A DNA stretch of 61,695 nt, counting the filler, from Choristocarpus tenellus KU-1152 (Eukaryota > Protista > Phaeophyceae): NCBI GenBank assembly GCA_964200185.2. It is 13 parts of 13 records of this genome, joined end to end, with 100 filler letters (N's around TTAATTAATTAA, not from the genome) between each part and the next. Parts side by side here need not be neighbours in the genome. Positions count along the whole stretch, not along the records: positions 22,617 to 28,285 come from CAXNAD020010074.1; positions 28,386 to 32,256 come from CAXNAD020017472.1; positions 32,357 to 37,684 come from CAXNAD020011142.1; 10 more parts are not named here. One strand, written 5' to 3'. Position numbers and translations under genes: made by a program. Below the pieces are notes generated by a model, which searched no databases, had not been told where the DNA came from, and was given only the letters and a program-made list of their open reading frames with translations. This document shows positions 24,441-36,230 of this stretch, in pieces. Position 1 is the first letter of the stretch; the number at the start of each line of letters is the position of its first letter.

Positions 24441-27400
24441 CTTGTTTTCGACACAGGGCCCCACCGCAACCCGATTGTAGTCACAAGTATAAACAATGAT
24501 GAAAAGAAGAGAAGGGGAGGGGGGGGGGAGGGGAAGAGTTTGGTCTGAGATGAAGGCATGCAAGTGTGTACTGTGTCGGGGGAGGAGGGGAAAAGGTTGA
24601 CCTCCAGTCTAAATTCAGTGCAAAGACACTTTTTTTAAATCTGTAATTGATCATTGTGTACTGCTAATAACGTTTGTTAACACTAACATCACTTTTAAGC
24701 CCATGATATTTTCTCCCAGCTTTGAATGCTTGAATTTCATCTGGGCGCTACTTGTGTTGTTACCTCTCCTTGGGATTGACCTCTGGCAACCAGTGAGCAA
24801 ATGTTGACAAGAGAGTAGGAGGATGAGCCAAGAATGCCACGGCACAGGGCTCTCCTTTGAATGTCCAATACGGCTTGTTGCGTTCATGTTCCCTTGTGAT
24901 ATCAGCACGATATTGGCTGCGGTAGGCGGTGCGGCTCAATCCCGTCAGCCAACGACCCCAGGACCAACTTCCATTAGGGAGTAGATTCCTTCTCTTATTA
25001 CCCTAACCAAGAGACAGAGAAAGTAAAGGACGACAAATAAGAGGAAGCGCTAAGGATAAATGGCACAAAGAGTGTTTCCGCACGCCAATTTCGATCAATG
25101 GGACGTTGACTCGGGCAGTCTGAGATGCCTCTTCTTCAACTATCTTCAATGTGGCGACAAATCCCAAGTCCTCGAATCCAAGCAAAACCCACAGAGGACA
25201 ATGCCACCCACAGATTTACTGACCATGTGCCGGTGCAGGGCAAACAGCATAATCAGAATCATCGCCACAGCCAATGCCTTGGGCGCATCAAGCGGACTCG
25301 ACTCATTCTCTCGCCAGTCCTGGGAGAAATTATCCTCTCCCATCTCCATGGGTTCTACGAATAAGTTACCCACACCACCAATACCAAGATTCCTCTTTTC
25401 CAACTCCCCCTGAGGTTCCCATCCTTCAGCCACAGAGGTATCATTAAGGCCGGAAAGCTCGGAAATCGATAGAGAGAAATTCGTCAGGCTGTCTTCAAGC
25501 TCGAGCAGGCGTAGCTGGAAGCGAAGTAAGCCCTCCTGGATCAATTGGTCATGGGAAGCATCCGCAACTTCCGACGTCATCGTCTGCAAGACTACCTTTT
25601 TTCATCAGTCAGAAGGAAGAGCCTAGAACCGGTCAACTTCTAAAGGTAAATCCTCTCAGCAGAGACAAGGGTAGCAAAGCAACATATGTATTTTAAACAA
25701 GTTGTGACATCATCAATTTGTCATGTTTCACTGGCTCTTCCTGACTTGTTTTTTGAAACAACGTCTGAATAAGTGTCATCGTACCAACCAACCTATCTCC
25801 CACTCCCTATTGAACCTCTCCACCTGCATCAGTACTGTAGAGTTTCTAAAGTGCAGTAGCGGTCGACTTGTGCACGAGGTTAGGGTGACATTGGTCGAGA
25901 GACCAGGTCCAAAATTTTGCCTAAAGGGAATCCACGAAGGGATTCATGGTCATGATCAAGTCCTCCAAGACGTTTGAGTTGGTGGTGTCGTGTGTGATAG
26001 CCTTGTTGGTATGCGAGCATTCTACAATCGTGGTAGGATTATCAGCAACCGAAGAGGATGACAGGCCTCTCTCTCCACCGTTGACCCCTGAGATATTGCC
26101 GCCAGCTGTGAGCGTACAGTCGATAGAGATGATGACTGCTCGCCTTGAGACCATCGCCAACAAGGTGGACGATCTCGCTGTAAGTTTCTCGAATTACCAA
26201 TGTTCCCAAAATCGAATTATCTAATCCTTTAATTACATAATGTTAACCTTCTCAATGGCAATGATCCGTTCACCAAGATCTCTACTGCTATCGGGTTTGT
26301 AAATTCGGAGTTGTGGGCCGATTGATCTTTTTTGGAGACAGCGATGTCAATGTCGCAACTGCATCTAACACAAGTGCTTCCTCCGCCCAGCGCTCAGTGG
26401 AACACTTAGCGACGTCATCCCACAGAAAAGATCGCTTGGGGAGTAATGATGCCAGTACAGACCCCCCTGATACTCATCGGCTGGTTGGTAATGGATCAGG
26501 CGATGATGGTGCCAGGGATAGGAAGATTTGGGGCAGAGAGACAGACGTCCCAGAGTCCACAGAGAGTCATGGACAAGGAATATTTCAAGATGAAGGGAAG
26601 GAGGAGTCAAGATGGGGATGGTTCTCTCTTCCCTTCTCCGGTTGGGAAGAGTGGCGTTATTCATGGCAGGGAGGACTGGGTCAAAGGTGGCTGATCGTGG
26701 GCATCTTCATCCACGAACTGTGGGTGTGCCTGCAGCATGCCAACGTCCTCCTGAACCCATTTTGCCAAAGGCTAGATAGAAACTATGGGATAGCACTGGT
26801 GAGTCGAGTCCTCTGTTTATGCCATCATAAATCAGTAAGTCGGGCGAGAATATGACATCTGCACCTGTCTCACCTGTCGCCACGACCCCTTACATCGAAG
26901 TGATCTGGACACTTTGTGGCCAAATAGGTCAACCCCAAATTGTTGTGGTTATTGATGCCACCTGGACACCTTGCAGACCCTCACCTTGAGGGTCCCATAA
27001 GGACCAACTACCAAGGCCAATTCCCATGTTCTACAATAGTTACACTTTTTCCAAGATGCTAACTTCGTAGGTACTTCAATATTTATCGAAGCACCTATGA
27101 AATTAGGAAACCATAAAGCCTGCCATCATACAACGTAATCACCATGTAGGATACATCTGAATGCTAGGCACAAGTTATTAAAAAAACTCCTTCTGGGAGG
27201 GGGGTGACCTCCCCGTACACTAGCAACTTAAACGCTCAAGAACGTGCACACGCCTCCATAGTTCTCTGACTGATCAACCTAGCCAGCAAGATACATACCT
27301 CCAGACAGGTCGGATACGAAAACGCCCAATTTTCCATATGTGCTCAGGTTGGGAAGTGAACTCTCATATTCAATATCTTGAGGTATTTCATATGATGGCA

Positions 27401-29299
27401 TGAAGTACTGTCCTCCCCCCCCTCCCCCCGGTTCCTTCCAACACTACTTCCTGCAACCCTTCAGCTCAAGCGGCGCATGTATTGGGTCATTGCTGGCGTG
27501 TTGTCGGCATACTGGGCAAGAGAGATCTTTTCCATGTGGCTGTCGATGCCGTACGCCTCCTCGGTGACGGCAAGGATGGTGACGGTTTCATCATTTTACC
27601 ACTTGGGAAAGATACTGTTGATATCTGTGGACGCTCGTAGGGGGTGAGTTCTTTCTTCTTATTTACTTCTTTTTACGTATTTTTTCACTTTAGTATGTGC
27701 ATATGGATACCTGTGTATGTAAGTATGCTCTCTCTTTTTTACATTGTGATAAGAAGTAGTTTTTTTTTATCAAGTTCTCCTGTTTCTCCCTCATCTCTTA
27801 CAGATTGATCTGTTGTCTGGGGGGGGAGGGAGGAGGAGGTGGATTGCCAAATTGATACCTTCTGCGTGAGGATATGACACGCATAGGTGTTTGTTGTTCC
27901 TAACTGAGCTCTTTTAACAACTTGAAGCTTAAAGTAGAAAAAGTTACGAAAAGGTATGAGAATTCGTTGATGCCTCTGTTCTCACAAAGTAGATGAAGAA
28001 GTGTTGGGTTTTATAATATATGGAGGCGGTAGATATCAGTTTTCATAGCATAACAGTGGCTTCAGTGACAGTGCAATCACCACACGACCAATGGCATCAC
28101 CATAGTACCAAAAAGGTCTCCCCATTTACTGGAAACTCCCCTTTTTTGCACGCATAACTGCTCTGTGCTGCAAAGGCTGGTTGACGCAAGGTCATGAATA
28201 TTTTGTTACGCTTTCCAATGTGTTGGTACTCACCCCCCCCCCCCCACACACACACACCAATCCTCATAGACACATCCTCTGTATGNNNNNNNNNNNNNNN
28301 NNNNNNNNNNNNNNNNNNNNNNNNNNNNNTTAATTAATTAANNNNNNNNNNNNNNNNNNNNNNNNNNNNNNNNNNNNNNNNNNNNCTCTATTCTTGAACT
28401 TCTTAGTGACTTTGACGTTTTCCTCTGTAATGTTACGTAGGTATTCCGAATCTTACTCTGCATCTCCTTAAAATAATCACTTATTCTGTAAGGTTATCTA
28501 TGCGTTACTAATATCGTATATAGTTCGCACTTGTCAGAACTCGAGAAACAATCTTCACACTGTATGTCTATTACAAATGTTCGTATTTCTTAACACATAA
28601 GGAGAAAATATTCGCGCTATTAGCGTGTAACAAATGCTCAAACTTTGTTGAAATACAAGAAGAAATGCTCGCGCTATTCGCCTGTAACAGAGAGGACGTG
28701 TTCAAGACTATCAGAGAATGTCCGAGAAAGTGGGTAGTGAAAATACTGGAGAAGTCCCAGAAAAATTGGTGAACGTTGGCAAAAGGGTGGAGGGGAAACT
28801 CCACGACGAAAAATCCCACATAAAATACAAGTTGCCCCAAAACAGTAAAAAAACATTTCTTAAAATGTCAAGAGTGAAATGCTTGCCCCAAAACGTCGAA
28901 GAATGGTTCGAACATTCCCCACATATCACAAAATGGTTCCGAAATGGAACGGCGGGCATGCGAAAAAGAGTGACGAAAGAGATGAAAAAGTTGACGGGCT
29001 TCGTTCCCTAATGCACTGCAACATGTCCAATATGTATGTGCAGATTCAGACTACTGTTTGCGTGAGTATGGAAGAAGAGAGAAGAGTTGGGGTCCTCACA
29101 TGATTTCCCTTCGCTGAATGTAATCATGTGGTTGAAAAGAGAAGATGGATATTATTATACATGATGGTGGGTCTTGGTTTACCATCTGTTGTTTCTAGAA
29201 AGAATCGCTCACAAGAAGCACTTAAAGCGTTTCCTGAAACTCCATCATGATATTGAAAAATGTCTCTAACATGTGAACTTCATCCTCCTACATATATTT

Positions 29300-29865
29300 A
29301 TTTTAGTATTATGCCCTCTAACTTTGTAAATGGATAACCTGGTAAGATGTGAATCGTGTGATTCTGTGGCGGCGTGGTTCACTCATGTAAGGGTGGCGAA
29401 GACCATCACCAGGCAAGACGGACCAGACAAATCAAGACGAACCGTAACCGAGAGTACGAGGTTAAGGTTTAACAAGTGCAAGACTGCAAGGATTTGAAGG
29501 GAAAATTGAGGAGTGACGAGCATCTTCAGAGAGGGGGCTTCATTACCACAAGTCAAGATGTGAGAACAAAGTGAATATTTCATGTGTGACAACTCTGAGT
29601 CACGAGCTGTCCCAAGTCTGTGAGATTGTTCTCGTGAAGAGATTCCATGGTTTCATTCTGACGGAAGGTCCGCCAGGGGAAACATGGATGCTAGACGAGG
29701 AATCTCAATCGGTACAACGATATATGGTATACGGCAATAACGGTATAATAAGATACAAACATGCTTTCCACAAAGATACGAACTATAATCATGAATACTT
29801 TCAGTTGCATATTCCTGTAATTCATATTGCATTCTCCACAGAATATGTACCACCACTCTGACTTA
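29300..29865 (-). repeat. Interspersed repeat X, uninterrupted copy with LINE-like tail
   Basis: Collinear with 7962-8125 plus 8506-8770. Its 3' end reads GTTAGAGGGCATAATACTAAAATAAA. Confidence 0.8.
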
Positions 29866-29889
29866 TTTTAGGCTTTTTACACTTAAACG

Positions 29890-30925
29890 AAAATACTTGC
29901 TAGCCCTGGCACGCCACTGGACCCAATGCGGACAAGGGACCAATGCATGGGCTTCAACACAACCCCTGGAGTGGGCATGCCAGATCCCCCTGGTCGAGTT
30001 TAAACTATCCGCCAGCAGCAGATCCCTAGGGAAAGAGGAGGCCCTTTCGAGCAGGTGCTCAATGACTGGTTGCAGGAGACAAAATGTAGACACCAGACAT
30101 GCCCGCACCTGCCCTGGGGCAGGAGGGCAGGTTCACCAACACACGCTGACGGTGAAGCATCTGCGGAAAATTTGCAAAGGAATGGACATCCCTTGCACTA
30201 TAGAGGACGGTGGCCCATTTACAGTAGACAGGAAGTTCTGCTTGGATCTGGTCTTCCATGCGGGGGCACTTGCAGACGCTTGACGAGCTCCCTACCGAGA
30301 CAAAGACCTCCTCCTCGATGTTGCGTCTGCAGAAGGGTAAACAGCCTCCCATCTGCCCCACTCATCCACCTGCAATGGTGTAGCTGCTGTTGCAGCTGAG
30401 GGACGAAAGTGCACCCACTATGAGGTATTGTTCAACCCTCATAGTTATAACCTCAACACCTTTGCGGTGGAAAGTTTTGGGTGCCTCCGTAAGCAAGCGT
30501 AAAGTTTTCTAGGTGAGCTAGCTACGCACACGGTAGGGGGGAGAGGGACAAGAGGCTACAGTAGAAAAGGGGCGGTCATATCCCGCCTACGACAAATAGT
30601 CTCAGTTACAACGCAGGTAGCCCTGTCTAGACGTGTCATGCGTTTTAAGGTGGAGATACCAGCGAGATGGGCAAGGAGGGGCTTGTTAGATTCTTGGGAT
30701 GCTTCCCTAGCTCCTCACCCTGGGGTGCAGGATTAAGCTAGGTTGGAGGTGTAGGAAGGCACTGGTACAGCATACCTGATAGTAAAATAGTAAATACTGG
30801 AGTAGATTACTGCTTTTAACATTTTATGACAACTGATACGTTTTAAGGGATTTTTCTGACATGTCAATAGTTTTCATTGTTTTTCCCTTCACACATCTAC
30901 AAAATGTGAGGGCATAATAATGAAA
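29890..30925 (+). mobile_element. 5'-truncated CRE/R2-group non-LTR retrotransposon (zinc knuckle, restriction-like endonuclease, 3' UTR), degenerate
   Basis: C-x4-C...HARTC...HQH knuckle, then DLVF...DLLLDV, AAEGRKCTHY, FAVESFG and RQIVSVTTQ, the typical RLE C-terminal motif order. It contains stops and a frameshift and ends GAGGGCATAATAAT. Confidence 0.85.
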
Positions 30926-32205
30926 ATATTTCAAGAAGTTGCTGGGATCATGACTCCTGTTTGATCAAGGGTAGGAGATTCGTATATATATATATATATA
31001 TATATATATAAGCTTCTATGACGAGCCCCACAAATGACCATGAGGATATGACAATAGCATGCCGCTTAGCTCCAACTTGTTGTATAATATAAGAAGACTA
31101 TGATCAATCTAGACAACAGCGAAGAAGTTTTGCATGGACCGAGGTCAGATCTTCAAAGTGAATTATCGATCTCGAGACAACAGTAGTGAAGATGTTTGCA
31201 AAGCGCGAGCCCAGGCCTTTTTTAAAGAAGTCGTTAACACAATCTTTGTGAGCCACATTGCATCTATGTACACACATGTGGGATGGAGGAAGGTTATCCA
31301 ACTGAAGGTGAAACTGATTGGCGTAAAAATAATGGTGGACCTTGTTGGAGACATCAGTCTTTAAATAGGATTTCGCAATTGACATCGAATTATGTGTGAC
31401 AGCACACACTAGATACCAAAGAAGGGAGAGGAGGTGCAAGGTCGCTTGGAACGGACTTCCTAAATGGTGCTTGCCAAATCACTGCCAGAAGTATATCTAC
31501 CTCGGTAAGGACTCCTCGGTGATACTCTCACTGACGAGTACTCCAAAGTACTTGAAGTATGCAAGAATGAAGGTTATGCAACCATCCATGCTCAAGATTT
31601 GAAGTTCAAGAGCGAGACCAGGTTGTGAAACACTGTGATGTTGAAGTCTGCAATTGAGTAGGGACGTTTAGGTTGTGTGAGAGCAGTCGGAGTGACATTG
31701 TATTCTGTTTGCACAGCCACAAGAAAATCCTTACAGAGAACCAATCACCTGAAACCAGATAGTGGAGGAGGAGTATCAAGGTAGTAGAGGAAAATATGTA
31801 ATACAGTAGTGCGATCATATATATCATCATTGTGTCGATTGAAACGTCAACAACCCCCTAACGGACGTCCCCCATTCTCCCTTCTTGTTCCATTCCATTC
31901 GGGACACTTCTGCTTGGTCATGCCTTCAAGCTGCCTCTTTGTTGTCAAGGGTTATAGGATGTCGTGTACATTCTCATATACCCATGATTACCCTTACATC
32001 GTTGTACTTCATTAGAATGCCTGCATACATTTTACAGATGTTTTGGGCGGACGACAAAAATGATACAGTACACTGCAGTCACAATATGTATTTTCAACTT
32101 ACAATCCTGCCCAAATCCTCTTCGTTAGACGCATCCTACTCAGGTATTGTGCTAGAAAACTCCATCGACAAGTATAAGTCATCTGTGTTGAAACACCAGT
32201 AAACC

Positions 32206-32256
32206 CCTGAGCTACCGAGCAGCTAGTCAGCCTGACTAGCTGCTCGGTAGCTCAGG
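32206..32256. repeat. Perfect 25-bp inverted repeat with 1-nt loop at the contig end
   Basis: CCTGAGCTACCGAGCAGCTAGTCAG-C-CTGACTAGCTGCTCGGTAGCTCAGG. Confidence 0.9.
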
Positions 32257-32499
32257 NNNNNNNNNNNNNNNNNNNNNNNNNNNNNNNNNNNNNNNNNNNN
32301 TTAATTAATTAANNNNNNNNNNNNNNNNNNNNNNNNNNNNNNNNNNNNNNNNNNNNGATGTAGATTTTCTGTAAGACCTTTGCCCTGACGACATGGCCTG
32401 TTTGTTTAAGAGTTTTTTTTTTTCGGCATTAATTACAGACCTGGAATTGCAAGATTGGGATATGAAGCAGAAATTTTATTGGAGCAGAAAACAGAAAAT

Positions 32500-33316
32500 A
32501 TACATATTTGTTTGTCAAAGATTTGGTATGGATGAGGCAAAGAAGATGGCGGTACCCCATGATCTCTCAAGGACTTTGGACAAGAGTGAGGATCATCCAA
32601 GTGTTGATGAAAATACACCGTACAAAGAGGCAGTTGGTAGTCTGATGTGGGCATCTGTTATGACTAGGCTTAACATTGCAAATGCAGTTCGTGAAGTTGC
32701 CAAGTACCGTAGCAATCCCAAAGTCACACATTGGCGCGCAGTGAAATTTATTTTAGCATATTTGAATACGTGTCCCAGTGTTGGATTGAGATTTGGTGGT
32801 TTTGATACTGAGTGTGAGTTAAGTGCGTATGCTGATGCTAGTTTTGCTGGAGACTGGAATGATCGTAGATCAGTGACAGGAGGAGCAATAATGTTTGCAG
32901 GAGTAGCAATATCTTGGATGTCAAAGGTACAAAGAGTTGTAGCTCTGTCTTCCACGGAGAGTGAATACATAGCTCTTAGCAGTGTTGCACAGGAATTGCT
33001 TTTCTTGAGAAGCGTTTCTGAGTTTATTCAGCCACAGTTTCGTAGGCGTTGCAATGACATGTTTGAGGAGAACGATGGTGCACGCAAACTAGTACGAAAT
33101 GCCACAAGCTCTACTAGAACAAAGCACGTTGATGTCCGACATCATTTTCTGAGGGACTTATCTAGAAAAGGAGAGGTTCGTGCTGTTTTTGTTGGTACTG
33201 CAAATCAGAAGGCAGATGTGCTGACCAAGAATTTGCCAGTTCGAGTTCTTAGACAGCATGTGAAGTTTTTGATGAACATGTGTGAGACAACATGTGTGTT
33301 GTACGTTTTTTGTTAA
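32500..33316 (+). mobile_element. Ty1/copia element 1: RT C-terminus and RNase H
   Basis: Motifs PYKEAVGSLMW...TR.NIANAV, YADASFAGD..DRRSVTG, SWMSKVQ.VVALSSTESEY, RTKHVDVRHHF and ADVLTK. Confidence 0.93.
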
Positions 33317-33350
33317 TGCGATTGTTTAAGAGTTAATGCTTGTTTTCAGC

Positions 33351-33629
33351 AAGGGGAGGATGTCAAATAACCTTGTGTTATCCTTGCGTTATCTGTGCTG
33401 ATACAAGTATATATTACATAGGTTTCATGTACGTTTATCTTTAGTTCGGTACCATACAAAGTAGTAACGTGCATAGCGGTATGATGGGTCAGTCTTTGGT
33501 CATACATCAGGGATAATAGATGGCTAAGACAAAGGCCCAGTGGATAATTAATATTCAGTGTATGTTTTACCATGTAACTGAACTACTAGCTTTCGGCGAT
33601 GAGCCTTATATGCGCCAAGTTCTTCAACA
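33351..33629 (+). mobile_element. Polypurine tract (33351-33360) and putative 3' LTR (33361-33629) of copia element 1
   Basis: AAGGGGAGGA is immediately followed by TGTCAA... and the segment ends ...TTCAACA (TG...CA termini). Copia 2 coding sequence resumes directly after it. Confidence 0.7.
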
Positions 33630-36230
33630 CACATGAAAATATTTCACTGGTATACGAGTTTGGAAGAAAAATATAACAGGGGACAAGGTGATTGTTGGAG
33701 ATGGACAGGAACACGACGTTGCTGCATGAGGATGGATGGAGATGGTACTGCTCTCAGCGGACGAGGATGTGGAGTACACTGTTACCATGAAAAAGGTTGC
33801 TGTGGTGCTCACACTAGCCTACAATCTCTGCTCTGTCCGAACCACCTGCGAGATGTCCGGGCGACAGGGTCATGTGAGGTTTGATTCGTTGATTATTGGA
33901 GGAAATCATAGCATGGATGATCTCATCATACCTGTGGTTACATGTATAGGGTTCTACCTCAACCAGCCTGCACTGGATTAATGTTCACACCAAAAGCTCG
34001 ACTAGAGATAAACGAATTTCACCGACGCCTTGGCCATCCTCACGAACAGGTGACACGCAAGATTGCAACAACCAATGGAATTGACTTCACTGGAACTTGG
34101 GAACAATGTGTTGGATGTTCACAGTCCAAAGATCACCGTGCTCCAGTTGCACAAAGTACAGAATCTCAGGCAACCAAGAAACTTGAGAGGGTATTTACTG
34201 ATTTTTGTGGACCTAAGCCGGTGGGTAGCCTTGGAGATTGTTATTATTCCATGATTTCCGTTGATGACTGCACCAAGATCAAAAGGACACGATTCCTGAA
34301 CAAATAAAATGGTGCTGCTCACGTACTGGCGGATTTCATCTCGGATGTGGCTGTACCGAATGGTGACGTGTATTCAGAGTGATGAGGGTGGAGAATTTGT
34401 AAGTGCTGCTTTCCATGCAGACCTAAGGAAGTACAGCATCGGGCGGAAGTTTACCGGTGCTTTTACCCTGGAATAAAATGGTGTTGCAGAACGAGCATTG
34501 GGGTTGATTGCTGAGAAAGCAATGGCAATGATGGTTTGTGCCAGACTTTAAGGGTGTGTCGATTTATGGGCTGAAGCTCAGAATTATGCTTGTGATCTGA
34601 GTAATATGTGTGTCAACTTGGGCGAATGAGGATTGTATTTCTCCCTACGAGCTCTGGCATGGAGAACTGGGAAAGGTCCAATATTTGCTAAGCTTTGGGA
34701 GAGTAGAATACATGCAGGTGGCTACACGGAAGCACAAACTGGATGTGCGAGGATGCACATCACCCACGTGGATCTTGGCGTATTTTACATGCGAGGTCGA
34801 AATAGGTGTTGACTCGAGTAAGAGTATCTTAGAGGGTATGAGTCTTACCCTGCTTGTCTGTTTGGGGCTTGGCTTCCCACGGTTTTTTTATTACATTTTC
34901 CTACTCCGAAATGTTTCGGAGTAGGTAAAATGTGTATGTTATGTAAAGGTGTGTCGGAACAAGGATATTGACACTTCCAAACAAACACAACAACCAAAAT
35001 TACATCAAAATCGCAACATTGTATTTTGACCCCCAAACGGACGAGGCTTTACCCTCTAAAATATTTTTGACTCATTTGTCAATCTGTAACATGGCATTCT
35101 CTTACTCCCTCCATGCCTTCTCCCATTGGTACTGATGATATTTATGAGATGCATTTACCCGAAAAATTGCTGGATGAATTAGGAAGGGTGGATGCAGGGG
35201 CTGCGCGTGAACACGAATCTCGCAAATCTGTGCAACACGGGAAGGGGTCTCGTGATCTGTCGCAAAGTCGAAAGCTGCACGAGCTCGCAAATTTTCTGCC
35301 AATGCCTGCATCAATCACAGCAAAATCTCAACGTTCGAAGAGGGCTCAGCAGGGGGCCACCAGGCGAGGGGACCAAGATACGTCAGGAGAAGCACTAATT
35401 GCTATCTTGGCTAAGGCTCTAGTTGTACAGGAAGTGGTCCATAATGCTGGGAAGATGCCCATGGCGTTTCCTGATGGAATGGCCAACACACTGCCACCTG
35501 AGCCTCAATCCCGTCGTGAAGCTCGGCAATCTCCAGAGGCATCATTTCTGAAGGACACTATGACGGTGGAGTTGGCTAAACCAACAGATTTTGGGGTATT
35601 TGAGTCACACAAGGGGGACTGGCATCACATATGACGGAAAGCTGGAAAAACGACTGGAGGCATTTGCTGATGCGGACTATGCATTTGGTCTAGACCAACG
35701 GAGGTCTATATCTGGGGGATTAATTACCATAGGAAGTAAACCATTATCGTGGTTTTCTAGGATGCAGAATGTGGTGGCTCTGTCTACGACAGAAGCTGAG
35801 TATGTGACTTTAAGTGCCACAGCTAATAATGAAGTACTCTTCTTGAGGCAGGTATTGAGGTTTGTAAATCTGGAGAGGACTACTACTAGCTGCACCTTGA
35901 TGTACGATGACAATGAGGGTGCTGTAGTGAAGCTGCCTGGAAACCCGATTAATGGACTTAAGAAAAAACGTATTGATGTACACCATCATTTTCTTTGGCA
36001 TTTTGTTAGGGACAAGGTTATAGAAGTTGTCCATACGTGGGACCTGAGGAGCAACATGCGGGTTTTATCACCAAACCTCTCAATCGGGATAGTTTCATGT
36101 ATCATGTAAAGGTAATGATGAATTTCTGATGATTTAATTTTCAGGATTTGAAGCATAGCTAGGATAAACCGGGGATCAGTGTTGCGTTTTAAGAAAACAT
36201 TGTGAGTAAGCAACAGGAGAGGATGTTCGC
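33630..36230 (+). mobile_element. Ty1/copia element 2, degenerate: protease end, GAG-pre-integrase, integrase, RT deleted, RNase H, PPT
   Basis: Motifs YNLCSV; FHRRLGHP...C..C; VFTDFCGP..VDD; SDEGGEF; NGVAER; LWAEA; SPYELW; then FADADYA...RRSISG, SWFSRMQNVVALSTTEAEY and IDVHHHF. It has many stops and frameshifts. AGGAGAGGA precedes TGTT at 36224. Confidence 0.88.
34816..35073 (-). mobile_element. MITE family A, full copy inserted in copia element 2
   Basis: TIRs are GAGTAAGAGTATCTTAGAGGGTA and TACCCTCTAAAATATTTTTGACTC. The central hairpin CCTACTCCGAAA-TG-TTTCGGAGTAGG lies at 34900-34925. No TSD is retained. Confidence 0.85.

Noticed and set aside
27430-27625. Exon-like GC-rich segment on the minus strand as an upstream CER exon
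   Set aside because: It contains in-frame stops and shows no similarity to CER1/3.
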